From positions 90,834 through 154,833 of the forward strand of contig JBEKDZ010000004.1 in NCBI GenBank assembly GCA_050014095.1: a stretch of DNA of 64,000 nucleotides, in the 5' to 3' direction. Both the position numbers and the translations under genes were made by a program. The notes under the pieces are model-generated. The model ran no database searches and was not told the origin of the DNA. It was given only the letters and a program-made list of their open reading frames with translations. Shown in pieces: positions 34,204 to 42,694 of the stretch (the stretch's first letter is position 1; the number at the start of each line of letters is the position of its first letter). The stretch comes from Dehalococcoidales bacterium. Its GTDB lineage: Bacteria; Chloroflexota; Dehalococcoidia; Dehalococcoidales; RBG-16-60-22.

Positions 34204-37200
34204 ATGAAAATGCGGCATGTTGTCCTAATAGTGCTGGCGGAGTTGTGTGCTTTGCTAGCGCCCCTGCCGGTTCAGGCTGATGATGAGCATATCCTCGAGT
34301 GGGCACAGGTAGATAAGCCCGGTATATCCGGTAATATTGTGGTCACCCCATCTGAAGTCAACGAACTAGCCTTCGGGAGCGGGAGCGTTATCTATGCCCT
34401 TGATACCAGCGCCAATGCCACCAAATCTTCCAAAGTCTATAAATCAGTCAATGGGGGGTCGAGTTGGACAGATATAACCTCCTCACTAATTAGTGCTGGT
34501 GCCGTGTTACCCGCCACCAAGATTGCCGCTGCCCCGGATACAACAGGCTTGGTGGCTGTAGTGACTGATGACGGTACTGGAGTCTACCTATCAGCCAATG
34601 GGGGAGGTACCTGGACTAACCTAGGCGTTCCCGGTTTGGCGGGTAAAATCCAGGCTATTACTATCTCGAAGAAGTATAAGTATATCGAAACTAACACGTT
34701 AGTGAATGAGATTGCCATTGGCACGGCGGAGTGGGGTGATACTACAACTACAGGACAGGTATGGGTGTATCAGTATGGGATAACACTAACAACATGGCAA
34801 AATCAAAACCTGACAATCGACCCTGCCCACATTGGCGGCGAGGTATCGGCTATCGCTTATTCCCCCAGCTATTCAAGAGATAAAACAATAATTGTCGTCG
34901 CGTCTACCAGTGACAGTGATGTTGATGCTGGTCCCCCCGTGGACTACCGTAGCCAGACCTGGTTATGCCTCGGTTACCGGGATACAGATGTGGGGACGAC
35001 CCAGTGGAACAATGCAGTTTTCACCGGTTATCCGGTGGCGATTGGTACGTTGCCATCCGGCGGCGATGGCACCGGCGTCTCCAGTATTTCCTCATCAATA
35101 GCCTTGCCCTCCAACTACTCCACCAGCAGTACCGCCCTAATGAAGCTCTTTGTGGGCTACAACCGAGACCCGGATACAGCCTTCGCTAACGATGTTTACC
35201 TAATTAATGACACAACAGTCCGCCGCCTCGACGCTAGTAATAGCGGTACCACCCCTCCTAGTGCTATCAATATCAGCAGCATTGCTTATTACGGTACAAC
35301 AACTTCCGGTAAACTCCTCGCCGGCGATGAGAATCCGTTTACTTCATTTAATGTCCAGGTGCGGCGGACGGCCAACCCTTTTGATGTATTTCCAACCTGG
35401 GTCCTTGCCTCGCTACCCCCCTCGGGCCCAGGCAATTCCAAGGTAAGCTGGAGTTCTGACGGTAATTCGGCTTACTGCGGCACCGGTCAGTTACCCGGTG
35501 TCGGCTTGGACGAAAGCGCCTTCTCTATAAGCACCGATGGCGGTGATAACTGGCAGCAGATAAGCCTAATCGACACTATATTGAAGCTCGCTGATATCGC
35601 CGTCACCCCTGACTCAAAAACCCTGTTTCTGACATCTTATAGCGCCTTCGGCCCTGAAGGCGTCTGGCGGAGTACCCTTATTGAGGAGGGAATAGGCGTG
35701 TACTGGTCACGGCAGCTGAACATGAACACTAACTCCCAGAGGATTATCTTGAGATTAAGCCCCAACTATACTTCAGACTACACTATTTACGCCTTTGAAC
35801 CCGGAGGCGAGCTTTTATACATTTCCCACGACCGGGGTAACTCATGGAAGCGGCGTCTTACCCTCGGTGCGACGATTGATGGTGTAGCGGCTGATGCAGA
35901 CACCTTCTATGTCGCCTTACCTGGAGGTTACGTCAGGCGGGCCACTAACGACGGCTTGATTTGGGGTAAATTGGTTTTCACCGGAGTGGATGACATCAAC
36001 ATGTTGACTATCACCTCAAATGGCACCATCCTCGTCGGCGGCAGAAAGGGAGATGTTGCCTATTCCAACGACGGCGGCGCTAGCTTTACCTTGATAAACG
36101 AGACTATCGGCACCGGAGATGTCCAGGTGGTGGGGGACGTTAATTACCAGGATAATGGTATTATCTATGCCAGTACCAATGCCTCTGATAGCGGTATCTG
36201 GCGCTGGCGGATGGGGATTTCCACTTATTGGGAGCAGATTGATAAGTCTATTACTGACCTGGGGACGGGGCAGCGTATCGGCGGCCTGACTACCGGACCC
36301 GAAGGCACACTCTACGCTTTAAGAGCGGAGCCAGCGGGCGGGATAAGCCGGTCACTGAACCCGGCTGCCCTGGATAATATTGAGTTTGATATCACCAACA
36401 AGGAATTGCCGGCAGATGTCGCCTTCGACTCCTCGGCGATTTTCCCCCATACCCTCCCTTATCTCAAGGTCTCCACCAACGCCACAGAAAACGAGATATG
36501 GTCTATTGATACCGCCCATGACACTGTTTATCGCTTCGAAGACACTCTGGCGACCAACTTCCCGACGTTAGTTTCACCGGTGAATATGTACGAGGACATG
36601 GTAAACTCAGTAACCGGCCGGGCCGCCGACATTGCTTTTAGCTGGAATGCGCCTTCCCTGAAGGTTACCAACTACGAAATTGGCATCTACACCGATGCTG
36701 CCTGTACTATTCCCGCCCAGCTATGTTTTGTTGCGAGTCTTTACCCGAACATACCCAATATATCCGTGGTCATCGGCCCGTATCAGTCAGCCACAAGTAA
36801 CCAGTGCCTTGAGTATGTTCCTGGCGCCACCTACTACTGGCGGGTGAGGACAATCGGGCCCTTGAGAAGCCCCTGGTCCGAGGTACACGGCTTCGCGATA
36901 GCGCCGTTACATGAACTGGTCATCAACTTGCTGTCACCACTCAACGGAGCTGCCGATGTCAGCCAAACACCGGCCTTCTCCTGGGATCCGGCAATCGGAG
37001 TTACTGACTATCAGCTGGCCCTGGCCGATGATGCCAGCTTCACCTCACCGATAGTGTCTGCCAGCATCAACAATACCGGTTTTGCCTTGACCCAAAAGCT
37101 TGCAGGCGGTAAGACCTATTTCTGGAAAGTCAGGGCAATATCACCAGTCGGGAGTGATTGGTCAACTATCGCCAATTTTACCATTAAAGATACGTCAACC

Positions 37201-37401
37201 GAATCCTCACTACCACCAGTCGCTATTCAGACAACAACATCGGTCACCACGGTCACCCTTACGGCGCCAGCGCCAACCCAGGTGATAGTCGCGCCATCAC
37301 TCCCACCGTCAAGCACGCCTGTTACTATTTGGGTCATCATCGGCATTGGCAGCATCCTGGCGATGGGTATAATCATACTGATATTAAGAACCGCCAGATA
37401 G
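34204..37401 (+). CDS. Secreted Asp-box (BNR) beta-propeller / FN3 surface protein with C-terminal TM anchor (S-layer/cell-surface glycoprotein candidate)
   Basis: Signal peptide ...LAPLPVQA/DD. Five Asp-box-like motifs: SVNGGSSW, SANGGGTW, STDGGDNW, SHDRGNSW, SNDGGASF. Two FN3-like modules: YYWRVRTIGPLRSPWS, TYFWKVRAISPVGSDWS. Then a S/T/P-rich stalk and the TM segment IWVIIGIGSILAMGIIILIL with an RTAR tail. Confidence 0.75.
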   Translation: MKMRHVVLIVLAELCALLAPLPVQADDEHILEWAQVDKPGISGNIVVTPSEVNELAFGSGSVIYALDTSANATKSSKVYKSVNGGSSWTDITSSLISAGAVLPATKIAAAPDTTGLVAVVTDDGTGVYLSANGGGTWTNLGVPGLAGKIQAITISKKYKYIETNTLVNEIAIGTAEWGDTTTTGQVWVYQYGITLTTWQNQNLTIDPAHIGGEVSAIAYSPSYSRDKTIIVVASTSDSDVDAGPPVDYRSQTWLCLGYRDTDVGTTQWNNAVFTGYPVAIGTLPSGGDGTGVSSISSSIALPSNYSTSSTALMKLFVGYNRDPDTAFANDVYLINDTTVRRLDASNSGTTPPSAINISSIAYYGTTTSGKLLAGDENPFTSFNVQVRRTANPFDVFPTWVLASLPPSGPGNSKVSWSSDGNSAYCGTGQLPGVGLDESAFSISTDGGDNWQQISLIDTILKLADIAVTPDSKTLFLTSYSAFGPEGVWRSTLIEEGIGVYWSRQLNMNTNSQRIILRLSPNYTSDYTIYAFEPGGELLYISHDRGNSWKRRLTLGATIDGVAADADTFYVALPGGYVRRATNDGLIWGKLVFTGVDDINMLTITSNGTILVGGRKGDVAYSNDGGASFTLINETIGTGDVQVVGDVNYQDNGIIYASTNASDSGIWRWRMGISTYWEQIDKSITDLGTGQRIGGLTTGPEGTLYALRAEPAGGISRSLNPAALDNIEFDITNKELPADVAFDSSAIFPHTLPYLKVSTNATENEIWSIDTAHDTVYRFEDTLATNFPTLVSPVNMYEDMVNSVTGRAADIAFSWNAPSLKVTNYEIGIYTDAACTIPAQLCFVASLYPNIPNISVVIGPYQSATSNQCLEYVPGATYYWRVRTIGPLRSPWSEVHGFAIAPLHELVINLLSPLNGAADVSQTPAFSWDPAIGVTDYQLALADDASFTSPIVSASINNTGFALTQKLAGGKTYFWKVRAISPVGSDWSTIANFTIKDTSTESSLPPVAIQTTTSVTTVTLTAPAPTQVIVAPSLPPSSTPVTIWVIIGIGSILAMGIIILILRTAR

Positions 37402-37495
37402 ACTGGATGTTTCTCTAAGGTATTTCCATTTGTTATTTGAACGATTTGTCAAATACAACCATTGCGATTTAAAATGAATTAAGGATAAAGAAAGA

Positions 37496-38644
37496 ATGAA
37501 GCTAGATAGACTATTGTTTAAAGACTTGGGAGCCAATTTAAAGCATGGGTTCCAGTTAATCAGGATACTGAACTTCGATCGGAATTGTAATGTCGGTCCG
37601 ATTAGAGCTGAAATATCACCGACGTCGGCCTGCAGCTTCCAATGTTGTTTTTGTGATACTCATTCCTATCTAAAACCATGTTCAGTTAAAATTACAACGA
37701 TGAGCGATGATGTCCTTCATAACCTCATCAGTGACCTGAAAAAATTACACGTTAAAGAGCTGCTTTTTTCCGGTAACGGCGAACCACTCTTATGCAGAAC
37801 TTTGATAAAAGAGATAAAACAATTCGGTAGATACTTTAAAATTGAGATTTTATCGAATGGCAGCACGCTAAATTTGATTGATAAAGAGCTTTTCCATAAT
37901 CTCGCCTACCTCACGATAAGCCTCAACTCGGGCAACGGAGCCAGCCACAAAGTTACACATGGCTATAAAGGTCAAAATAGATTTTCCGAGATTATAACGC
38001 AGATAGAAAGAATCTTAGAGTTTGACCACGCAAGCGATAAGATAAAACTTAATTACGTTATCACCACTGATAATTACAGCGAGCTCGATGCTTTTTTTGA
38101 GAAAGCCATCAAGTGGAACGTGAGTTTTATGGCGCGCCCCGTGGATATTGGCTTTCCCGGGTTGAAATCAAAGGAACTAAACGAAAAAATGTTGCGCGAT
38201 TTAGGCAAAAAAACTCAAGAGTATCTTAGAACAAGAAAATTAACCCATAAGCTAGCCCTGTCTTTTCAGCTTGTTGAACGAGCCTGCAATTTAGCCCTAG
38301 ATGAGTTATCAAACCAAAAATCGAATAGACCAAGTCATCTATATCCATGTTATTTGAGTTTCATTCAGCCCTACATTGATAGCAACGGTGATGTTTTGCT
38401 ATGCAGCTCGGGCAGCGAAAAACCTCTTGGCAATATCAACCGGCAAAATTTCCTATCTATTTGGAAAAACAAAGAGAGTTTAGCGATGCGGCTTTTATGC
38501 ACCCAGATGGACAAAACAAAAAAACCTGTTCTTCCGGCGTGCATCGGCTGTGCTAACGTTCTCTACCATTCAACGGCATTTCATGGGATATATTCTAAAA
38601 TCCCCCTGCTGCCGAAACGACTAGCGGCGAGAGTCAAAGTATAG
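37496..38644 (+). CDS. Radical SAM enzyme with SPASM/twitch-like C-terminal Cys cluster
   Basis: CxxxCxxC in SPTSACSFQCCFCDTH. GNGEPLL glycine motif. C-terminal CYLSFIQPYIDSNGDVLLC ... PLGNI...IW ... C-x13-C-x2-C (CTQMDKTKKPVLPACIGC). Confidence 0.75.
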   Translation: MKLDRLLFKDLGANLKHGFQLIRILNFDRNCNVGPIRAEISPTSACSFQCCFCDTHSYLKPCSVKITTMSDDVLHNLISDLKKLHVKELLFSGNGEPLLCRTLIKEIKQFGRYFKIEILSNGSTLNLIDKELFHNLAYLTISLNSGNGASHKVTHGYKGQNRFSEIITQIERILEFDHASDKIKLNYVITTDNYSELDAFFEKAIKWNVSFMARPVDIGFPGLKSKELNEKMLRDLGKKTQEYLRTRKLTHKLALSFQLVERACNLALDELSNQKSNRPSHLYPCYLSFIQPYIDSNGDVLLCSSGSEKPLGNINRQNFLSIWKNKESLAMRLLCTQMDKTKKPVLPACIGCANVLYHSTAFHGIYSKIPLLPKRLAARVKV

Positions 38645-38677
38645 AAAATTCTTATACTATACTAGATTGCCACAGTG

Positions 38678-39418
38678 TTATCCGCCCAAGTTTACTATCT
38701 GGACATTATCCGGTAGCTCAAACGTCGAATCAGATATATCGGTAAAATCGAAGTTCTTCCATTCTACCGTCGTCGTAACGCCACTGGCAGAGCTCTCCAT
38801 TCTTAATGGAAATCCTGTGTCGTTCGATATCCAGGTTTTTACGCTTGCCTGTTCGTAGGCGTAGGTATATTCGATAACCGTACAGGTTTCCCCGTCGATA
38901 GTTTCCGTTCCGACTATTTTCGGACTATATTCCAGCATGGTGCTGGGGTTCTCGGGAGCCTGGGTGGCATCGAAATTCTCACTTGAAGCTATTTTCTGCT
39001 GCAGGGAATACAAATACATGGTCTGGTCTTCGAAATTTATCAATAACACTAAGCCCGAACTTGGCTGCTCTATCCTAAACTTTTTGTTCTTTATCCAATA
39101 TTTTACGGTGTTTATCGTCGTTAGGCCGGTAACTGTAGTTATCATGTCATACTTAACTGTTGGATAATTAGCCGCCTGGCCCAGGATTTCACTTAAAGGA
39201 ATACCGGTATTAGTAGGAGTTGTTTCGGGAGGAGTGGTGGTTGTTATGGTGGGAGAGGTGGTTGTTACTGTGGGAGAGGTGGTTGTTCCAGTGGGAGTGG
39301 TGGTTGTGCCAGCGGGAGAGGTGGTCGTTGTACCACCATCGCCTCCGCCGCAGCCTGCTAACAAGACGGCTATCAGTAAAATAGCCAGAAACGCGAAGAT
39401 TACAGTATGTTTCTTCAT
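38678..39418 (-). CDS. Lipoprotein with Thr/Pro-rich linker and LolA-like (lipoprotein-sorting/DUF4367-like) domain
   Basis: Start set at MKKHTV (GAGGGGG RBS 6 nt upstream). Lipobox LLAGCGG. About 50 aa of TTTSPxG repeats. The C-terminal fold pattern ...ETIDGETCTVIEY...KTWISNDTGFPLRME...FELP is typical of LolA-like proteins. Confidence 0.65.
   Translation of the reverse strand: MKKHTVIFAFLAILLIAVLLAGCGGGDGGTTTTSPAGTTTTPTGTTTSPTVTTTSPTITTTTPPETTPTNTGIPLSEILGQAANYPTVKYDMITTVTGLTTINTVKYWIKNKKFRIEQPSSGLVLLINFEDQTMYLYSLQQKIASSENFDATQAPENPSTMLEYSPKIVGTETIDGETCTVIEYTYAYEQASVKTWISNDTGFPLRMESSASGVTTTVEWKNFDFTDISDSTFELPDNVQIVNLGG
39228..39332 (-). repeat. ~5 x 21-bp in-frame tandem repeat encoding the Thr-rich heptads
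   Basis: Plus strand shows gtgggagaggtggttgttact / gtgggagaggtggttgttcca / gtgggagtggtggttgtgcca / gcgggagaggtggtcgttgta. The units translate as TTTSPAG, TTTTPTG, TTTSPTV, TTTSPTI, TTTPPET. Confidence 0.8.
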
Positions 39419-39504
39419 GTTACACCCCCTCAATGAGTCTGTCTTTAAATTGTAGCATATTTTTCTTTAACGCAATGCCTCACCTGTGTTAGAATACTGA
39501 ATCT

Positions 39505-39678
39505 ATGGAATACAAAAAAGCCGTACCCATTTTAAAAAGCCTGATAGATAAGCACCCGCTCAACGCCGAAGAAAAAGAGGCGGTGATGACTGCTATCGGC
39601 GTTCTTGTTTGGGGTTCGCTGGCTAAAAGCAAAGCCAGAGCGCAAAAGGAAAAAAGAGATAAGAGAACTGAATGGTAA
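39505..39678 (+). CDS. Small hypothetical protein (57 aa), below the ORF-track cutoff
   Basis: ATG at 39505: MEYKKAVPILKSLIDKHPLNAEEKEAVMTAIGVLVWGSLAKSKARAQKEKRDKRTEW*, TAA at 39676. Preceded by an extended -10 (TGTTAGAAT, 39487-39495) with no SD, so possibly leaderless. Followed by a hairpin plus T6 terminator. Confidence 0.4.
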   Translation: MEYKKAVPILKSLIDKHPLNAEEKEAVMTAIGVLVWGSLAKSKARAQKEKRDKRTEW

Positions 39679-39700
39679 ACTGGAGTTAAAGAGTATTAAA

Positions 39701-39728
39701 GGGGAGAGTAATAATGTTCCCCTTTTTT
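39701..39728 (+). terminator. Rho-independent terminator-like hairpin
   Basis: GGGGA (39701-39705) ... TCCCC (39718-39722), followed by TTTTTT (39723-39728). Confidence 0.5.
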
Positions 39729-39745
39729 ATTTAACATCAGCCCAT

Positions 39746-39774
39746 TTGACAAGCAGTCCAAAGTAGAATACTAT
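39746..39774 (+). promoter_or_regulatory. Near-consensus sigma70-type promoter for the FAD-oxidase operon
   Basis: TTGACA (39746-39751), 17-nt spacer, TACTAT (39769-39774). About 125-nt leader before the ATG at 39905. Confidence 0.5.
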
Positions 39775-39904
39775 ACTTAGGATACTATTTTGCGTAGGTA
39801 AAACGGGCATTACTTGAATTTCCAAACGCAATGTAAATTATCCATCCATATGTGTTACGCAATAGCACTTTTTTTATCTGGCTGAATAATGAAAGGGGGC
39901 AAAA

Positions 39905-41371
39905 ATGATTGAAAAAGAGAAGCTGGTGAAAATAGCCGGGGCCAGCAACGTAATTTATAATCAGGCGACTTTGGAAGGATACTCCAAAGACATAAGCTTC
40001 GTTAATGCTATAAGGCCGGCATGCGTGGTCAAGCCAACCAGTACCGAAGCCGTGCAAAAGCTGGTGAAACTGGCTAACGAGACATTTACGCCGCTCGTCC
40101 CCGTGAGCTCCGGTCCGCCCCATTTCCGCGGCGATACCGTCCCCGGCATCGGCGGAGCGGTAATCGTGGATTTAGGCAAGATGAAAAAAATCATCAACGT
40201 CGACCGGGCGCGCCGCGTCGCCATGGTCGAGCCGGGCGTGACCTTCGGCGAGCTTATAGCGGCAGCGGCAAAGGAGGGAATCCGACTCAACCTGCCACTG
40301 CTGCCCAGAAAGTCGAAGACGGTTATCGGTAGTCTGCTCGAGCGAGAGCCGGTTATTATGCCCAAGTACCAATGGGATATCTCTGACCCGCTGGCTTGTG
40401 TCGATGTCATCTTCGGCTCCGGCGATGAGTTCCGCACCGGTCAAGCGGCGGGACCAGGCACGGTCGAGGAGCAGTGGAAGGTGGGGGGCGTACAAAAAGC
40501 GCCGTACGGACCTGGTGTAGCTTCCTGGCACCGGATTATCCAGGGGGCGCAGGGGACGATGGGCATTGTCACCTGGGCATCGATGCGGTGCGAGCTGGTG
40601 CCCAGCCTCGAGGAGCCTTTCGTGGTTGGCTCTGCCAACGTCGCTACGCTGCTCGAGCTCGCAGCCTGGCTGGTAAGACTAAGAATCGCCAACGAATGCT
40701 TTATCCTCAATAACACCAACCTGGCGGCTATCTTCGCCAAGAAATGGCCCAAAGACTATCAGAATCTTAAAGACGCCTTACCCCCCTGGATTCTCTTCTA
40801 TAATGTCGCCGGCTATGAGTATTTCCCGGAGGAAAGAATCAGCTCTTATATAAAAGACATCACCGACATTACGAAGCGATTAGGTCTTGAGGCGGTAAAA
40901 GCCATCGGCGGAGTCTCGGCTAATGAAATACTTAAAACCGTCCAGCAGCCTTGCGAGGAGCCTTACTGGAAGCTCCGCTACAAGGGCGCTTGCGAGGACG
41001 TTTTCTTTTTGACCATCAACGATAAACTCGAGCGACAAATCGGGGCGATGTTTGACGTGGTGAAAAAAGTCGGCTATCCCTCCTCGGATGTGGGCGTTTA
41101 CATCCAACCGATTGTCCAGGGGACGGGTGTTCATTGCGAGTTTAATCTTTTCTACGACCCCGCTAATGCCAGCGAAGTAAAACGGGTGAAAGACCTCGCC
41201 GCTTCAGCCGTCAAGGCTCTCATGGCTCAAGGCGCTTTCTTCTCCCGACCTTATGGCGAAAGCGCGGGAACGATTATCAATCGAGATGCAGCTACGGTTG
41301 CCGTCTTGAATAAGCTCAAGAAGATGTTCGACCCCAACCATGTGATGAATCCCGGGAAGGTGTGCTTTTAG
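39905..41371 (+). CDS. FAD-binding oxidoreductase (GlcD/VAO-type, FAD_binding_4 + C-terminal oxidase domain)
   Basis: 488 aa. RPACVVKPTSTEAVQKLVKLANE...VPVSSG...GGAVIVDLGKMKKIINVDRARRVAMVEPGVTFGEL is the PCMH-type FAD-binding pattern. AAAGGGGG RBS. Confidence 0.75.
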   Translation: MIEKEKLVKIAGASNVIYNQATLEGYSKDISFVNAIRPACVVKPTSTEAVQKLVKLANETFTPLVPVSSGPPHFRGDTVPGIGGAVIVDLGKMKKIINVDRARRVAMVEPGVTFGELIAAAAKEGIRLNLPLLPRKSKTVIGSLLEREPVIMPKYQWDISDPLACVDVIFGSGDEFRTGQAAGPGTVEEQWKVGGVQKAPYGPGVASWHRIIQGAQGTMGIVTWASMRCELVPSLEEPFVVGSANVATLLELAAWLVRLRIANECFILNNTNLAAIFAKKWPKDYQNLKDALPPWILFYNVAGYEYFPEERISSYIKDITDITKRLGLEAVKAIGGVSANEILKTVQQPCEEPYWKLRYKGACEDVFFLTINDKLERQIGAMFDVVKKVGYPSSDVGVYIQPIVQGTGVHCEFNLFYDPANASEVKRVKDLAASAVKALMAQGAFFSRPYGESAGTIINRDAATVAVLNKLKKMFDPNHVMNPGKVCF

Positions 41372-41411
41372 CCATGAATATTACGTTGAATAAATTCAGG
41401 AAGGAGCGAAC

Positions 41412-42677
41412 ATGGGACTAGAACAATATAAAGGCGATATGGAGATGTGCTGCCGATGTTCGACCTGTAAATTCATACCGATGCAAAAAATCAAGGGCAT
41501 CGAATATTCGTATGTATGTCCCAGCATTGCCAGATATAATTTCCACGCTTACTCCGCCGGCGGGAGGATGAATATCGGAGCCGCGGCGCTGAAGAACGGC
41601 ATGAACTATACTCCTAAACTCCTCGACATCGTTTACAATTGCCAGATGTGCGGCGCCTGCGGCGTCTCCTGCAACTATGCCATGGACATGGAGGTTCTCG
41701 AGCCCATCAGTGAGTTTAGAATCAAGTGCAACGAGGACGGCAAGACCAACCCTGCTTTGGATAAGGTCATCGCCGGGCTCAAGAAAACCGGTTCCATGGT
41801 GACCCCCAAGGGCAAGCGCGGCGCTTGGGCGACTGGTCTTAAGCTAAAGGACGCCGCCAAAGAGAAGGTGGACGTCCTCTATCACGTGGGCTGCCTCACG
41901 AGCTTCGATAAGGATAGCCAGAAGCTCGCCAAAGCCATCGCCAGGATACTCCAGCAGGCAGGCGTCAATTTCGGCATTGCCGGCGACGTCGAGACCTGCT
42001 GCGGTGGCCGCGCCTACCAGATGGGCTATAAAGATGCGTTCCTGGCCCAGGCTAAAAAGAATATGGCGCTGATTAAGAAAGCCGGCGTGAAAACGCTGGT
42101 TACCGGCTGCGCTGACGGCTATCAGGCTTTCAAGGTGCTCTACGATAAATTCGACCTCAAGGGCAATTTGGAAGTGCTGCATATCTCGGAATACATCGAC
42201 CGCCTTATTAAAGCCAAAAAACTAACGCTGAAGAAAAAGATCAACCTGAACGTAACCTACCATGACCCCTGCCGACTCGGCAGGCTGGGCGAGCCGTGGA
42301 TACACTGGCAAGGCAAAAAGATACCGGGCGATAGGTTCGTCTTCGACCCGCCGAAGGAATATCGGCGCGGTACCAAAGGCATCTACGAACCGCCCCGGGA
42401 TATTCTCAAGAGCATACCTGGCATCAAACTAACCGAGATGACCAGAATAAAAGAATATTCCTGGTGTTGCGGGGCCGGCGGCGGTGTCAACGAATCAAAT
42501 CCCGGGTTCGCCACCTGGACTGCCCGGAAGAGAATCGAGGAAGCCGTATCCACCGGCGCCGAGGCGCTGGTTACCGCCTGTCCCTGGTGCGAAAAGACCT
42601 TTAACGAAGCCATCAAGGCAAGCGGCAGCAGCCTTAAGGTTTATGATATCATCGAACTCGTCGAGAAGGCGATATAG
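41412..42677 (+). CDS. Fe-S / CCG-domain protein (GlcF / HdrD-like)
   Basis: Two ferredoxin-type Cys motifs: CCRCSTCKFIP and CQMCGACGVSC. Two CCG-type motifs: ETCCGGRAY and YSWCCGAGGG. GGAAGGAG RBS. Confidence 0.8.
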   Translation: MGLEQYKGDMEMCCRCSTCKFIPMQKIKGIEYSYVCPSIARYNFHAYSAGGRMNIGAAALKNGMNYTPKLLDIVYNCQMCGACGVSCNYAMDMEVLEPISEFRIKCNEDGKTNPALDKVIAGLKKTGSMVTPKGKRGAWATGLKLKDAAKEKVDVLYHVGCLTSFDKDSQKLAKAIARILQQAGVNFGIAGDVETCCGGRAYQMGYKDAFLAQAKKNMALIKKAGVKTLVTGCADGYQAFKVLYDKFDLKGNLEVLHISEYIDRLIKAKKLTLKKKINLNVTYHDPCRLGRLGEPWIHWQGKKIPGDRFVFDPPKEYRRGTKGIYEPPRDILKSIPGIKLTEMTRIKEYSWCCGAGGGVNESNPGFATWTARKRIEEAVSTGAEALVTACPWCEKTFNEAIKASGSSLKVYDIIELVEKAI

Positions 42678-42694
42678 GAAAGGGGGTAATGAAC

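Noticed and set aside
34204-37401. N-X-S/T sequon enrichment as evidence that the surface protein is N-glycosylated.
   Set aside because: My hand count of 13 sequons in 1065 aa is only slightly above a rough composition-based expectation of about 8-10. I treat it as compatible, not as evidence.
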